From an uncultured Chloroflexia bacterium (GTDB lineage: Bacteria; Chloroflexota; Limnocylindria; Limnocylindrales; CSP1-4), in assembly GCA_963712745.1 (NCBI GenBank), contig CAVQJC010000004.1:233791-297790 (forward strand): a DNA stretch of 64,000 nt. The letters run 5' to 3'. Shown one piece after another: positions 20,912 to 33,089 of the stretch. Both the position numbers and the translations under genes were made by a program. The first letter of the stretch is position 1; the number at the start of each line of letters is the position of its first letter. The notes below the pieces were generated by a model. It had not been told where the DNA came from, did no database searches, and saw only the letters and a program-made list of their open reading frames with translations.

Positions 20912-21747
20912 AGCGCATCGGCTTCGCCTTCAATCCCACCTCGGAGATGGCCGTCGAGCTGCGAGAGCGGGCCCTCCGCTGGTGCTCGGACCACGGCCTC
21001 GACGCCTGGGCGCTGCCCTCCGACGAGGCGCCTTCGGATCGCGAGGTGCTGGCCACCACGGACGCCATCGTCGTGCTCGGCGGCGACGGCACCTTCCTGC
21101 GAGCAGCCCAGACCGTGGCCGACGTCGACGTGCCCATCCTCGGCGTCAACGTGGGCAAGGTCGGCTTCCTATCCAAGGCAGAGCACCACGCCCTCGAGGG
21201 TGTGCTCGGACAGCTCAAGGACGACGACTACGAGCTGGAGCCGCGCCTGATGCTCGACGTCGGCGTGGTACCGGTCGATGGCCAGCGGGACGGACAGCTT
21301 CACGTCGCGCTCAACGAAGCAGCCGTCGTGCGCGGTCGCCACGCCCAGGTCATGCGTGTGGTCGTCGATGTCGGTGACTCCCGGGTGGCGACCTACATCT
21401 GCGATGGTGTGGTGGTGGCCTCGCCGACCGGCTCGACAGGCTACAGCTTCAGCGCGGGCGGACCCATCATCGAGCCCACCAGCCGAAGCCTCGTAGTCAC
21501 CCCGATCGCGGCCTACCTGACCCCGTTACGCTCGAGCGTAGTCGGGCCCCAGCACGTGGTGAAGGCCACGGTCGAGGCGGCCTACGACTGCCTGGTGAGC
21601 ATCGATGGGCGCCTGGACGTGGCCCTCGCGGTGGGGGACCGCGTGGAGGTGCGCGCCCGCGACAGGTCGATCGACTTCATCCAGCCGAGAGGGGCGCTGC
21701 CCTTCTGGGACCTGCTGCGCCACAAGGCCACGCTGCTGCCGGATTGA
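20908..21747 (+). CDS. nadK: NAD kinase
   Basis: LGGDGTFL, ALNE and DGVVVASPTGSTGYSFSAGGP. Confidence 0.96.
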   Translation: MKRIGFAFNPTSEMAVELRERALRWCSDHGLDAWALPSDEAPSDREVLATTDAIVVLGGDGTFLRAAQTVADVDVPILGVNVGKVGFLSKAEHHALEGVLGQLKDDDYELEPRLMLDVGVVPVDGQRDGQLHVALNEAAVVRGRHAQVMRVVVDVGDSRVATYICDGVVVASPTGSTGYSFSAGGPIIEPTSRSLVVTPIAAYLTPLRSSVVGPQHVVKATVEAAYDCLVSIDGRLDVALAVGDRVEVRARDRSIDFIQPRGALPFWDLLRHKATLLPD

Positions 21748-21749
21748 CG

Positions 21750-22742
21750 ATGATGGGCGGCCCCTCCGACGCCCGCAGCGGCGGCGGCAACAGCGAGAAC
21801 CAGCGCGGTGCACCACGCGACCTGGTCGCCGCCATCGAGGCCTATGCCGACTACCTGCGGGTAGAGCGCGGCCTGGCCGCGGCAACCATCCGCGCCTACG
21901 ACACCGACCTGCGGCTGTTCGGCCGCGACGCGCCGGGAGTGGGGCGCTGGGCAGCCTCGCCCGAGCCGGCCCGCGACTACCTCGGGGCCATGACCCGTCC
22001 GCCACGCCTGCTGCGGCCGACCAGCCTGCGGCGCAAGGCCGCCTCGATCCGGGCCTTCTACCGCTTCTGCTACGCCGAGGAGCTCATCGACGCCGACATC
22101 GCCGCGCTCATCGACCTGCCGCGCCAGATGCAGCGCCTGCCCGACACGCTCGATACGCAGGAGGTGGGGGCGTTGCTCGATGCGACCTCCGGCGACGACC
22201 TCGTGAGCCTGCGCGACCGCGCGCTGCTGGAGCTGCTCTACGCGGCCGGCTTGCGCATCAGCGAGGCCTTGCGCCTCGACCGGCAGGACCTGTCCTTGCG
22301 CGGCGGCTTCGTACGCGTCATCGGCAAAGGTGACAAGGAGCGGCTGGTGCCGGTGGGTGACCTGGCCGTGGCTGCGGTGGAGACCTACCTCGCCGAGCGG
22401 GACCGGCTACGCGAGCGTGAAGCCGCTGCCGGGGCGCCAACGATGGCCGAGTCCGAGGAGGGCCGGGAGCCGCTCTTCCTCTCGAAGCGGGGGCGACGCC
22501 TCGACCGCATGGCCGCCTGGCGCGTGATGCGAGCCGCCGCACTCCGCGCCGGGCTGCCCGGGCGTGTCACACCCCACACGTTGCGGCATAGTTTCGCTAC
22601 CCACCTGCTGGAAGGCGGAGCCGACCTGCGTGTGGTGCAGGAACTGCTCGGCCACGCCAGTATCACCACCACCCAGCTGTACACGCATATCACCGGAGAG
22701 CGGATCCGCCAGGTCTACGCCCGGGCCCACCCGCGCGCATGA
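21750..22742 (+). CDS. xerD: Tyrosine recombinase XerD
   Basis: RDRALLELLYAAGLRISE, GKGDKERLVP, TPHTLRHSFATHLLEGGADLR and LGHASITTTQLY; housekeeping context. Confidence 0.92.
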   Translation: MMGGPSDARSGGGNSENQRGAPRDLVAAIEAYADYLRVERGLAAATIRAYDTDLRLFGRDAPGVGRWAASPEPARDYLGAMTRPPRLLRPTSLRRKAASIRAFYRFCYAEELIDADIAALIDLPRQMQRLPDTLDTQEVGALLDATSGDDLVSLRDRALLELLYAAGLRISEALRLDRQDLSLRGGFVRVIGKGDKERLVPVGDLAVAAVETYLAERDRLREREAAAGAPTMAESEEGREPLFLSKRGRRLDRMAAWRVMRAAALRAGLPGRVTPHTLRHSFATHLLEGGADLRVVQELLGHASITTTQLYTHITGERIRQVYARAHPRA

Positions 22743-22763
22743 CAAGAAGGAGGAACGAGCGAG

Positions 22764-23546
22764 ATGGGTAGCTACGCCGAATCGCTGCTCACGCCTGACG
22801 AGAGGGTACTGACCCGTGAACGCCAGCATCCGATCGCGCTCATCCTCGACAGCTGGCCGGCCATCATCCTCTGGGGCATCACCATCCTGCTCGTCGTGGC
22901 CCGCATCATCGTGCCCGACGAGGTCGTCGGCTTCCGGCTCTTCGGTGACGAGACCTGGTTCGGCACCGCCGCCTTGAGCGTCACGCTCGTCACCCTCGTG
23001 CTCGGTATCGCCGTCGTCGCCTGGCGCTGGTGGTGGTGGCGTACCCAGGAGTTCCTGGTCACCAACCGGCGGCTGGTGCTGGCCTGGGGTGTGTTCAACA
23101 AGTCGGCCTCGGACAGCTCACTGGAGAAGATCAACGACGCCCAGCTGCGCGTGAGCTTCTTCGGGCGCATCCTCGACTACGGCCACCTCGAGGTGCTCAC
23201 CGCGGCGCCCATCCAGGGCGCGGACCTGCTGGACCGGCTGAACCACGCCAAGGCCTTCAAGAAGGCCATGATGACCGCCAAGCACGACCTCCAGCGCGAT
23301 GTCGGCGACGGTGAGGACTACCCCCGCTCCACTCCCTCAGCAGCGTCGGTGGCCACGACTCCGCCCGCCGCGGCCGAGCCCACCGCAGGACACATCGACG
23401 TTTCCGGTGGCCAGGATCCCCTGCGTGCAGACACGCCCGACGAGGTCACCGCCGTACTCGGCGAGCTGGCCAGGCTGCGCGACGCCGGCACGATCAGCGA
23501 CGAGGACTACGAAGCCAAGAAGACGGAGCTACTCGGTCGCCTGTGA
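22764..23546 (+). CDS. Membrane protein with bacterial PH domain and C-terminal SHOCT domain
   Basis: Two TM helices, VTNRRLV...GRILDYGHL (bPH_2-like) and LARLRDAGTISDEDYEAKKTELL (SHOCT). Confidence 0.8.
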   Translation: MGSYAESLLTPDERVLTRERQHPIALILDSWPAIILWGITILLVVARIIVPDEVVGFRLFGDETWFGTAALSVTLVTLVLGIAVVAWRWWWWRTQEFLVTNRRLVLAWGVFNKSASDSSLEKINDAQLRVSFFGRILDYGHLEVLTAAPIQGADLLDRLNHAKAFKKAMMTAKHDLQRDVGDGEDYPRSTPSAASVATTPPAAAEPTAGHIDVSGGQDPLRADTPDEVTAVLGELARLRDAGTISDEDYEAKKTELLGRL

Positions 23547-23565
23547 GCCGGCCGACTGATCGACC

Positions 23566-24243
23566 ATGACGCTCGACCCCCAAGACCTCTTCTCGGCGTT
23601 CATCGTGGTGGCCACGATGCTGCTGGTGGGATTCCCTGTGCACGAGGCGCTGCACGCCTGGACGGCCATGAAGCTGGGTGACAACACGGCCCGCTGGATG
23701 GGCCGCGTCACGCTGGACCCCAGGGTGCATTTCGACCAGATGGGCGCGATCGTGCTTGGCCTGACCGCGGTCTTCAGTGCCGCAGGCGGCGGCATCCTCT
23801 TCGGCTGGGCCAAGCCGACACCGGTCAACCCCATCAACATGCGCTATGGCCGCCGGGGGCATGCGCTCGTGGCCTTCGCCGGTCCGGCCAGCAACCTCGT
23901 CGTGGCCATCCTCGTGGCGGTCATCATGCGTGCCGTCCTCTGGCTCAATCCGCCGGTGTCGCCACTGGTGGACCTGTTGTGGACATCCCTTTGGCTGCTG
24001 CTGCGCCTCAACGTGGTGCTCTTCATCTTCAACCTCATCCCCATCCCACCGCTGGACGGCTGGAGCGTCTTGAAGGGAATCCTGCCGCGCTCAGCGGCGC
24101 GACGGCTCGAGGAGCTGGAGATCCAGTACGCGAACGTGGTGCCCATGCTCTTCTTCGGCTTCATCATCGTGCTGTTCCTGACCGGCGGCTCGATCCTGGG
24201 GCCACTGGTGTGGGACATCTCGCTGCTCCTGATCGGGCGCTGA
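23566..24243 (+). CDS. Site-2 protease (M50) intramembrane metalloprotease
   Basis: HEALH, AGPASN and FNLIPIPPLDG. Confidence 0.93.
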   Translation: MTLDPQDLFSAFIVVATMLLVGFPVHEALHAWTAMKLGDNTARWMGRVTLDPRVHFDQMGAIVLGLTAVFSAAGGGILFGWAKPTPVNPINMRYGRRGHALVAFAGPASNLVVAILVAVIMRAVLWLNPPVSPLVDLLWTSLWLLLRLNVVLFIFNLIPIPPLDGWSVLKGILPRSAARRLEELEIQYANVVPMLFFGFIIVLFLTGGSILGPLVWDISLLLIGR

Positions 24244-24244
24244 C

Positions 24245-24736
24245 GTGGGCTGGTGGGGCACCAAGGTCCGCCAAGCCATGCGTTACGTCTTCGGGCGGGT
24301 CAGCGACAGCGAGCGGCTCGATCTCGTGGGCTGGCTCAGTCCCTCGCAACTGGCCCTCTTCGACGCCATGCACCGGGCCGACCAGCGTCACGGGCTCGAC
24401 GTGAAAGCCACCCTGCGCACCGAGGGATACGACGATCCCGAGCTCCTGCTGGCGGCCCTCCTGCACGACTGCTCGAAGGGTCCGGCCGTGCGGCTGCCGC
24501 ATCGCGTCGCATGGTCGCTCGGGGAGCGCTACGGTGACGCCGTGACCGACACGTTCGCCCGGGTGCCGGGTTTCGACACCGCCTTCGAGCGCTTGCGCCA
24601 CCACGCTGTCGACTCCGCCCGGCTCGCGCTCGAGGCTGGCTGCAGCGAGCGGACGGCCGAGCTCATCCGCCACCAGGCCGACCCGCTGGACCCCGATGCC
24701 GGCGTGGCGCTGCGCATGGCCGATGAGGCATGCTGA
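24245..24736 (+). CDS. HD-domain protein
   Basis: DQRHGL, AALLHDCSK, HH and IRHQ...ADE. Confidence 0.75.
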   Translation: MGWWGTKVRQAMRYVFGRVSDSERLDLVGWLSPSQLALFDAMHRADQRHGLDVKATLRTEGYDDPELLLAALLHDCSKGPAVRLPHRVAWSLGERYGDAVTDTFARVPGFDTAFERLRHHAVDSARLALEAGCSERTAELIRHQADPLDPDAGVALRMADEAC

Positions 24737-24758
24737 GGCACATGATGGAGACCGATCG

Positions 24759-25612
24759 ATGACCGAGACGTTGGCCCGCGCGCCCCAGATCGGTGAGCTC
24801 GGGGTCGCCGCGCTGCCGCCGCTGCGTCCGCCGGTCCGCGGGGACACCACGGTGCGCTTCACCGACGCCGAGCATCCCGACCGGGCAGCACACATCTCCG
24901 TGGAGGGCTACGACGGGCCCCTGGGACTGCTGCTCGGGCTCATCGAGCAACGGGAGCTGGACATCCTGGAGGTGCCGCTGGGCGACCTCGCCGGCGCCTA
25001 CCTCGAGGCCCTGGCCGCGCTCGACGAGGAGCAGATGTCGCACATCAGCTCTTTCGTCACCGTCGCCAGCCAGCTCATCCTCATCAAGAGCCGGGCCATC
25101 CTGCCGCGCCCGCCGGTGGTAGCCATCCCGGTGGACGAAGGGCCAGACCCCGAGGCCGCCCTGCGCGAGCGGCTCATCCTCTACCGCCTGTACCGCGACG
25201 CCGGTCGCGACCTGCGCGGACGGCTCGAGAGCGCCTGGGAGGTCTTCCGCCGCGAGCCCATCGCCGCGGTGGCCTCGGCCAGGGCCGGCTCGCGTCCCGA
25301 CGAAGGGCCCCCGCTGGACCCCAATGTGTTGGCGCAGGCACTCGTGCGAGCGCTGCACCAGGTGCCTCCGCTACCGCCGTCGCCGGACGTGGTACCGCGC
25401 CTCGTCACGCTCGAGGAGCGCGCCCGCGTCATCCGCGCGGCGCTGACCGACACGCCGGTGGTCGTGTTGCAGGACCTGCTGGAGGACCTGACCGACAGGG
25501 TGGTGGTGGCGATCACCTTCCTGGCCATGCTCGAGATGGTCAAGGGCCGCGAACTCTCGGTCGAGCAGGAACAGCCCTTCGGACCGATCGTCTGCCGTTC
25601 CACGGCAACGGC

Positions 25613-25616
<4 letters not shown>
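24759..25616 (+). CDS. scpA: Segregation and condensation protein A (kleisin)
   Basis: YDGPLGLLLGLI, LILIKSRAILP and TFLAMLEM...QEQPFGPI. Confidence 0.93.
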
Positions 25617-26343
<727 letters not shown>

Positions 26344-26344
<1 letters not shown>

Positions 26345-27120
26345 TGTCTGAACCGGTCCGCGTGCAGAAGGCCCTGGCCGATGCCGGGGTGGCCTCTCGC
26401 CGGGCCGCCGACGCGCTGGTCGCGGCTGGGCGCGTGACCGTCAATGGGCAGCCCGCCGTGACCGGCCAGCGCGTGGACCCGGCGGTCGACGCGCTCGCGG
26501 TCGATGGCCGCCCGGTGCTGCCCGCGGGCAAACGCACCTACCTCGTGATGCACAAGCCCGCCGGTGTCACCAGCACCGTCAGCGACCGCCACGCCGAGCA
26601 GACGGTGCTGGACCTGCTGCCCGCCGAGCTACGTGGTTCCGGCTCGAGGCTGTACCCGGTCGGCCGTCTCGACAAGGACTCCGAGGGGCTCATCCTGCTC
26701 ACCGACGACGGCGACTGGACGCAGCACCTGCTGCACCCGCGCTACGGCGTCGAGCGCGAATACGCGGTCGGGCTACGGGCCCCGCTCGATCCGGCCAGCG
26801 CCCAGGCGCTGACCTCGGGCATCGAGCTTGACGAGGGCCTGGCCACGCTGGTCGGCCTGCGTCGGTCCACGCGCGTCGAGGCTGCGCGCCTGGAGGACCG
26901 AGATGACCCACGCGGACCGCTGGCCTGGTATCGGGCCGTGATCACGCAGGGCTGGAAGCGTCAGTTGCGGCGGATGTTCGCGGCCGTCGGGACCCCGGTT
27001 GAGCGGCTGGTCCGGGTCCGGATCGGCACGCTCCGCCTCGATGACATGGCGCCGGGTGCGGTGCGCCCCCTGAGCAGTCCCGAGCGCGAGCGGCTGGCAG
27101 CGACCCGGAAGGGCCGGTGA
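26344..27120 (+). CDS. rluB: rRNA pseudouridine synthase (RluB/RsuA family)
   Basis: S4 domain, PVGRLDKDSEGLILLTDDG and QLRRMF. Confidence 0.9.
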
Positions 27121-27803
27121 GCGGCCCCCGCGTGGCCCTCGACGGCCCCGGCTCGAGCGGCAAGACGTCGGTCGGTGCCGCCGCGGCCGCGCGTCTCGGC
27201 TATCACTTCCTCGACACCGGCGTCGTCTACCGGGCCGTCACCCTCCTGAGCGTGATACGGGGCATCGATGCGGAGGACCAGGATGCACTCGTGGCGGTCG
27301 TACCCGACCTGTCCCTCGCGCCCGATGAGCAAGGCAACATGAGACTGGTCCTCATCGACGGCGAGGACGTGACCGCACGGCTCCACGTGCCGGAGGTCGA
27401 CCGGCGGGTCAGCGCCGTCTCGGCCCAGCCGAAGGTGAGAGCGGCCCTGCTCGAGCGGCAGCGCGAGGTCGCGGCACCGGGCTACGTCATCCTCGCCGGC
27501 CGGGACATCGGCACGGTGGTACTGCCGGACGCGGAGCTCAAGCTTTGGCTGGAGGTGTCGGCCGAGGAGCGCGCTCGTCGGCGTGCCGCCCAGCGGGGCC
27601 ATTCGCTCGAGTCGGAAGAGGGCCAGACCATCCTCGCCGACCTGCGCCGTCGCGACCATCTCGACAGCACCCGCGAGACCGCGCCGCTGCGCGTCGCTGA
27701 CGACGCTGTCATCGTCCACAGTGACGGGCGGGACTTCGATGACACCGTGAACGAGGTCGTCCGTGTCATCCGGGAACACACGCAACAGGGGACCAGCGCA
27801 TGA
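27117..27803 (+). CDS. cmk: Cytidylate kinase
   Basis: DGPGSSGKTS, LDTGVVYRA and GRDIGTVVLPDA. Confidence 0.95.
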   Translation: MSGPRVALDGPGSSGKTSVGAAAAARLGYHFLDTGVVYRAVTLLSVIRGIDAEDQDALVAVVPDLSLAPDEQGNMRLVLIDGEDVTARLHVPEVDRRVSAVSAQPKVRAALLERQREVAAPGYVILAGRDIGTVVLPDAELKLWLEVSAEERARRRAAQRGHSLESEEGQTILADLRRRDHLDSTRETAPLRVADDAVIVHSDGRDFDDTVNEVVRVIREHTQQGTSA

Positions 27804-28477
27804 GTGAATTCCAGGCCATGGGCGCCTATCCCACCTTCGTCGCAGGCCTCTGCCGTTTCGTGGCCCAGTCGATCGCCCGGGTGAAGGTCGAGGGGCTCGA
27901 CGGCCTGCCCCGGCAGGGACCGCTCATCCTTGCGGCCAACCACATGAGCAACGCCGATCCGCCCTTCATCGGCGGCTGGCTCGGCCCGGCGCTCGGCCGC
28001 CGGCCCACCTTCCTGGCCAAGGACTCGTTGTTCAAGGGCCCCCTGGGTCTGCTCATCCGTTCGCTGGGGGCGGAGCCGGTGAAGGCCGGCGGCAGCGACA
28101 TCGGCGCCTACCGCGCAGCCAAGTCCATCCTTGACAGGGGTGGCGTGGTGGCCATCCTGCCGGAGGGTACGCGCTCGTTCGATGGTGTCATGGGCGACCC
28201 CAAGCCAGGCGTCTCGCTGCTGGCCACGCGCACCGGCACGCCCGTGCTGCCCATCGGCATCAGCGGCACCGACGACCTCATCGCCCGGGAGCAACTGCTG
28301 CCCAATATCGGTAGCCGCGTCATCTTGCGCGCCGGGCCCCCGTTCACGCTCACCATCCCGCCGGGGGCGGACCGCAGGGCAGCGCTGGCCGACGCCGATG
28401 AGGAGCTCATGCGCCGCATCGCGGCGCTGGTCGAACCCCGCCACCGCGGCGAGTGGGAGCCCTGGCCGGAGGCCTGA
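27800..28477 (+). CDS. plsC: 1-acyl-sn-glycerol-3-phosphate acyltransferase
   Basis: NHMSNAD (NHX4D) and PEGTRS. Confidence 0.92.
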   Translation: MSEFQAMGAYPTFVAGLCRFVAQSIARVKVEGLDGLPRQGPLILAANHMSNADPPFIGGWLGPALGRRPTFLAKDSLFKGPLGLLIRSLGAEPVKAGGSDIGAYRAAKSILDRGGVVAILPEGTRSFDGVMGDPKPGVSLLATRTGTPVLPIGISGTDDLIAREQLLPNIGSRVILRAGPPFTLTIPPGADRRAALADADEELMRRIAALVEPRHRGEWEPWPEA

Positions 28478-28547
28478 CGACCGCGCTCGGGGTAGGCGAA
28501 CCTGGTTTCACGCCATCGTCAAGAAGCGATGCGATACTTGCCGTCCC

Positions 28548-29495
28548 ATGGGAACCGTCTCCGAAGTCCGCATCGCCCGCCGCACCGGCTTCTGCTATGG
28601 CGTGCGCGAGGCCATCGACGCGGCGCGCATCAGCGCCGCCGAGGGCAAGAAGACGCACACGCTCGGCCAGGTCGTCCACAACGAGGGTGTCATCAAGGGC
28701 TTGCGCGACCAGGGCATCGTCTCGGTCAAGGAGCTCGACGAGGTCGATGAAGGCGCGGCCGTCGTCATCCGCGCCCACGGCGTGACGCCGGAGGTCATGG
28801 CCCGTGCGGAGGAGAAGGGTCTCGACGTCATCGACGGCACCTGCAGCTGGGTGACCCAGGAGCAGAAGGAGCTGGCCAAGCTGGTCGAGGAGGGCTACAC
28901 CATCGTCCTGCTCGGGACGCCCAACCACCCCGAGGTCGTGGGCCTGCTGGGCTACGCGCCGGACGCCATCCTCGTCGACGAAGAGGAGGACTGGGACCAG
29001 ATCCCGAGGCGCAAGCGCATGGCCCTGCTCACGCAGTCGACGCAGCCGCCGTGGAAGTTCGAGCAGCTGGCCGGCTACCTGACCACCCGCGCGCACGAGC
29101 TCAAGATCGTCAACACCGTCTGCCCGGTCACCATCCGCCGCCAGCAGGACACCACCGACCTGGCAGAGGCGGTCGACCTCGTGGTCGTCGTTGGCGGCCG
29201 CAACAGCGCCAACACCAAGGAGCTCACGCGCCTCGTGGGCATCGTGGGCAAGCCCGCCGTCCAGGTCGAACGCGCCGCGGATCTCGGTGACCCAGCCGCC
29301 TTCGACGGTCACGTCATTGTGGGCGTGACCGGCGGCACCTCCACGCCCATCGAAGACCTCGAAGCGGTGGCGGCGCGCATCTATGAGCTCGCCGGCGTGC
29401 CCGAGAGGCAGGAGCGTGCTGTTCAGCTGGCCCACCAGGCCGTCACCGCGGTGGCCGAGTCGGCCTACCGCAGCTCGTCGCTGCCCGCCGCCTAG
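28548..29495 (+). CDS. ispH: 4-hydroxy-3-methylbut-2-enyl diphosphate reductase
   Basis: [34 protein letters not shown] and GTSTP. Confidence 0.95.
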   Translation: MGTVSEVRIARRTGFCYGVREAIDAARISAAEGKKTHTLGQVVHNEGVIKGLRDQGIVSVKELDEVDEGAAVVIRAHGVTPEVMARAEEKGLDVIDGTCSWVTQEQKELAKLVEEGYTIVLLGTPNHPEVVGLLGYAPDAILVDEEEDWDQIPRRKRMALLTQSTQPPWKFEQLAGYLTTRAHELKIVNTVCPVTIRRQQDTTDLAEAVDLVVVVGGRNSANTKELTRLVGIVGKPAVQVERAADLGDPAAFDGHVIVGVTGGTSTPIEDLEAVAARIYELAGVPERQERAVQLAHQAVTAVAESAYRSSSLPAA

Positions 29496-29506
29496 CTCCG
29501 ACCGCC

Positions 29507-31096
29507 ATGCCGACCCGCCGCACACGCCGTCGCCCCCGCTCCATCGACCGGGACACGCCCGCCGCGGGCCTGCCCGTGGTGGCCGTCGTGGGCCGGCCCA
29601 ACGTGGGCAAGTCGACGCTCTTCAACCGCATCGTCGGGGAGCGCAAGGCCATCGTCGAGGACCGGGCCCGCACCACGCGCGACCGTCTCTACGGCGTAGC
29701 CGAGTGGAACGGTCGCCGATACGTCGTCATCGACACGGGCGGCATGGAGATCGACCCCGGTGACGCCATCGAGGAGCGCGTGCAGGATCAGGCCAGACTG
29801 GCCATCGAGGAAGCCGAAGTCATCGTCTTCGTGGTCGATGCCGCGGCCGGCCAGACGCCCGCCGACCAGGAGGTGGCGCAGACGCTGCGACGCGCCCAGG
29901 CACCGGTGATCATGGCCATCAACAAGGCCGACAACGAGAAGCTCGAGCTGCAAGGCCACGAGTTCCTGCGCCTGGGCTGGGAGGATTGGCACGCAGTCAG
30001 CGCGCTCCACGGACGCGGCACCGGCGACCTGCTCGACGCCATCGTCGAAGCGCTCCCGGAGGAGTCCTTCGATGAGCTCGAGCGCAAGCGCCGCGAAGAC
30101 GAGGCCGACGACCTGGCCGAGCGTATCGACGAAGGCATCCTGCCCGAGAGCGAGCAAGAGGCGGCGGCCGCGGACGACGGACTGAGCGGCGAGGCCTGGT
30201 TCGACGAGGAGATGCCGACCCCGCGCATCGCCATCGTGGGCCGGCCCAACGTGGGCAAGTCGTCGCTGCTCAACCAGCTGCTGGGCGAGGAGCGCGCCAT
30301 CGTGAGCGACATCCCCGGCACCACCCGCGACGCCATCGACACCATGCTCACCTGGCAGGACCGCGAGGTACGGCTCGTCGACACCGCCGGCCTGCGCCGT
30401 CGTGGCAAGGTCGCGTCAGGGCCCGCGGCCGAACGCTACTCGGCGCTGCGGGCACTCAAGGCCATCGGCCGCGCCGACGTCTGCGTGCTCGTGCTCGACG
30501 CGCAGGACGGGCTGGCCGCTCAGGACGCCCACGTCGCCGGCTACGTCGTGGACGAGGGCGTGGGACTGGTCCTGGCCATCAACAAGTGGGACCTGGTGGA
30601 GAAGGACGACAAGACGTTCGAGGAGTACGTCGCCCGTGTCCGCAGGCAGGCCCCGTTCCTCCACTTCGCACCGGTGGTGGCCATCAGCGCGCTTACCGGC
30701 CAGCGGGCCGGGCGTGTGCTCGACGAGGCGCTGCTGATCGCCGCCGAGCGCCGCCGGCGCATCCCCACCGCACGCCTGAACAAGGTGCTCTCCGAGGCCG
30801 TCTCACGCCACCAGCCCCCAGCCGTCAAGGGCCGCCGGCCGCGTTTCTACTACGCCACCCAGGCCACCATCGAGCCGCCCACGTTCGTGCTTTTCGCAGC
30901 GGATGCGAAGTCCGTGCACTTCAGCTACCAACGCTTCCTCGAGAACCGCATCCGCGACGCCTTCGACTTCGAAGGCACGCCGCTGCGCCTCATCTTCCGC
31001 GAGCGCTCGAAGGTGCAGCTCGAGCCCAAGAAGCGCAAGCCGCGAGCGAAGCCGGGCAAGACACCGACCAAGAAGTCCCGACGCAAGGGCTCCTGA
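29507..31096 (+). CDS. der: Ribosome biogenesis GTPase Der/EngA
   Basis: Two GRPNVGKS P-loops, DTGG/DTAG, NKAD/NKWD and a KH-like C-terminus. Confidence 0.97.
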   Translation: MPTRRTRRRPRSIDRDTPAAGLPVVAVVGRPNVGKSTLFNRIVGERKAIVEDRARTTRDRLYGVAEWNGRRYVVIDTGGMEIDPGDAIEERVQDQARLAIEEAEVIVFVVDAAAGQTPADQEVAQTLRRAQAPVIMAINKADNEKLELQGHEFLRLGWEDWHAVSALHGRGTGDLLDAIVEALPEESFDELERKRREDEADDLAERIDEGILPESEQEAAAADDGLSGEAWFDEEMPTPRIAIVGRPNVGKSSLLNQLLGEERAIVSDIPGTTRDAIDTMLTWQDREVRLVDTAGLRRRGKVASGPAAERYSALRALKAIGRADVCVLVLDAQDGLAAQDAHVAGYVVDEGVGLVLAINKWDLVEKDDKTFEEYVARVRRQAPFLHFAPVVAISALTGQRAGRVLDEALLIAAERRRRIPTARLNKVLSEAVSRHQPPAVKGRRPRFYYATQATIEPPTFVLFAADAKSVHFSYQRFLENRIRDAFDFEGTPLRLIFRERSKVQLEPKKRKPRAKPGKTPTKKSRRKGS

Positions 31097-32115
31097 TGCC
31101 GAGCGACGGGCCCGGCGTGGCAGTCGTCGGCGCCGGCGCCTGGGGTACCACGCTGGCCTTGCTGTTGTCGAAGGCAGAGCCCGTGATGCTGCTGGCGCGC
31201 GACGAGGCGCACGCGGTCACACTGCGGAAGGACGGACAGAACCGGCACTACCTGCCGGGTGTGCCCATCGGCGAACGGGTCACCGTCACGGCCGACCCGA
31301 GCGCGCTGGCATCCGCCTCGGAGCTGGTGGTGCTGGCCGTGCCCTCGGTAGCCATGCGCGCGACCGCCGAGTCCGTGGCCCCGTTCCTGCCCCACGGCGC
31401 GGTCTTGCTGTCGGTGGCCAAGGGCATCGAGGGCGACACGCTCTTGCGCATGACCGAGGTCGTGGCAGCCGAGGTGCCGGCCGCGGCGGGTCGCGTGGCG
31501 GCGTTGTCGGGGCCGAACCTGGCCCTGGAGATCTCCCGGGGGTTGCCGGCGGCAGCCGTGGTGGCGGCGGAGGACGATGCCGTCAGCAGACGAGTAGTGG
31601 AACGGCTTGGCGGGCGGACGTTCCGCCTCTACCGCAACCGGGACCTGGTCGGCGTCGAGCTGGCGGGGGCGCTCAAGAACATCGTGGCCATCGTGGCCGG
31701 AGCGGTCGAGGAGCTCGGGGCAGGGGACAACGCCAAGGCCGCCATCACCACGCGCGGTCTGGCCGAGATGACCCGCCTGGGGGTAGCCATGGGCGCCAAC
31801 GCGCTGACCTTTGCCGGGCTCGCAGGGATCGGCGACATCCTCGCGACCTCGACCTCCGCGCTCTCGCGCAACCACCGCCTGGGCGTCGAGCTGGCCTCGG
31901 GCCGGGCCTGGCCAGAGATCGAGGGCACGCTACCCGGTGTGGCCGAGGGTGCCTATACCGTCAGGGCCGCGGTGGCGCTGGCCGAACGCCACCACGTGGA
32001 GATGCCCATCGCCCGCGAGGTGCACGCGGTGCTCTACGATGGCAAGGATGTCCGAGCCTCGGTCGTGGACCTTCTGGCTCGGGAGTCGAAGGATGAGCTG
32101 ACAGGAAGGGCCTGA
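31096..32115 (+). CDS. gpsA: NAD(P)H-dependent glycerol-3-phosphate dehydrogenase
   Basis: VGAGAWGTTLA, SGPNLA, GALKN, GLAGIGD, SRN and AEG. Confidence 0.96.
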   Translation: MPSDGPGVAVVGAGAWGTTLALLLSKAEPVMLLARDEAHAVTLRKDGQNRHYLPGVPIGERVTVTADPSALASASELVVLAVPSVAMRATAESVAPFLPHGAVLLSVAKGIEGDTLLRMTEVVAAEVPAAAGRVAALSGPNLALEISRGLPAAAVVAAEDDAVSRRVVERLGGRTFRLYRNRDLVGVELAGALKNIVAIVAGAVEELGAGDNAKAAITTRGLAEMTRLGVAMGANALTFAGLAGIGDILATSTSALSRNHRLGVELASGRAWPEIEGTLPGVAEGAYTVRAAVALAERHHVEMPIAREVHAVLYDGKDVRASVVDLLARESKDELTGRA

Positions 32116-32936
32116 TGTCTGCGCGGTTGGCCGCCCTCGCCCTGGCCATGTCGATCCTGGTCTTGCCAGCGTCCGTCGCCGCGGCAGACCAACCCGCGGC
32201 GGAGGGGTTCAGCTGGCCCATCCAGCGATGGCTGGAGGCGACCCAGCTGGAGGTGGACCCCTTGGCCCTGCTGAAGGACGAGCGCCCACGAGCGACCGCG
32301 GTGCGTGCCGGGCCCCGTGCCAGCGGCGCCGTCGCGCTGACCTTCGATGACGGCCTCAACAGCGGGGCCTGCGCCCGTATCGCTGACACCCTCCGCCTCC
32401 ACGAAGCGGTCGGCACGTTCTTCATCAACGGCAACTGGCTCAAGTCGGACCCGGCAGGCTGGCGCGGCATCCTCGACGGCATGGAAGTGGGCAATCACAC
32501 CCGCTCGCACTACGACCTGACCGGCGAACCGAACCGGGTCGTGCTCAAGCAGATCCTTGAGAACGAGAACATCCACGAGCAGGTCCTGGGCCGGCCGATG
32601 CTCAAGGTATTGCGGCCCCCGTACGGGGCCCACAACGACCGCATCCGGCGACTCGCCGCGGAAGCTGGCTACGACCGGCTCGCCATGTGGAACGTCGATA
32701 CGCAGGACTGGAAGCCCAAGAGCACCGCCCAGAAGATCGTGCGGCGTGCCATCGGAGCTCGGCCCGGCTCGATCATCCTGATGCACTGCTCGCGATCTGC
32801 CACCGTCAAGGCGCTGCCGGCGATCATCCGCCACTACCAGCGGCGCGGTATCGAGCTGGCCGGCCTGAGCAAGGTGATGAAGGGCGCCAAGGGGAACCGC
32901 GGGGCGCCGGCACCGGAACCATACGGCAGGCCCTGA
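32115..32936 (+). CDS. Secreted polysaccharide deacetylase (NodB/CE4)
   Basis: Signal peptide, ALTFDDG, GNHTRSH, RPPYG, WNVDTQDW and IILMH. Confidence 0.92.
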   Translation: MSARLAALALAMSILVLPASVAAADQPAAEGFSWPIQRWLEATQLEVDPLALLKDERPRATAVRAGPRASGAVALTFDDGLNSGACARIADTLRLHEAVGTFFINGNWLKSDPAGWRGILDGMEVGNHTRSHYDLTGEPNRVVLKQILENENIHEQVLGRPMLKVLRPPYGAHNDRIRRLAAEAGYDRLAMWNVDTQDWKPKSTAQKIVRRAIGARPGSIILMHCSRSATVKALPAIIRHYQRRGIELAGLSKVMKGAKGNRGAPAPEPYGRP

Positions 32937-33089
32937 CCGAACACGTAGGCCGTTCACGAGATCCGTTCAGTGGCCCAGCGGACGGGCAGGTGTGCAGACC
33001 ACCGGTCCGGTGGGCTCGAGTGCAGTACCTGTCGCCCATGGGCCCCGGGCCATCGCGCTGCCACCGTGACCGTCCCAAGCCTGCCAAGA

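Noticed and set aside
21750-22742. Tyrosine recombinase as an integron integrase or island integrase for the 60-63 kb array
   Set aside because: It has typical XerD motifs in a core nadK-xerD-scpAB context, no evident IntI-specific insertion, and lies 38 kb from the array.
29574-30262. Direct DNA repeat gccgtcgtgggccggcccaacgtgggcaagtcg within der
   Set aside because: Explained by the two homologous GTPase P-loops of Der.
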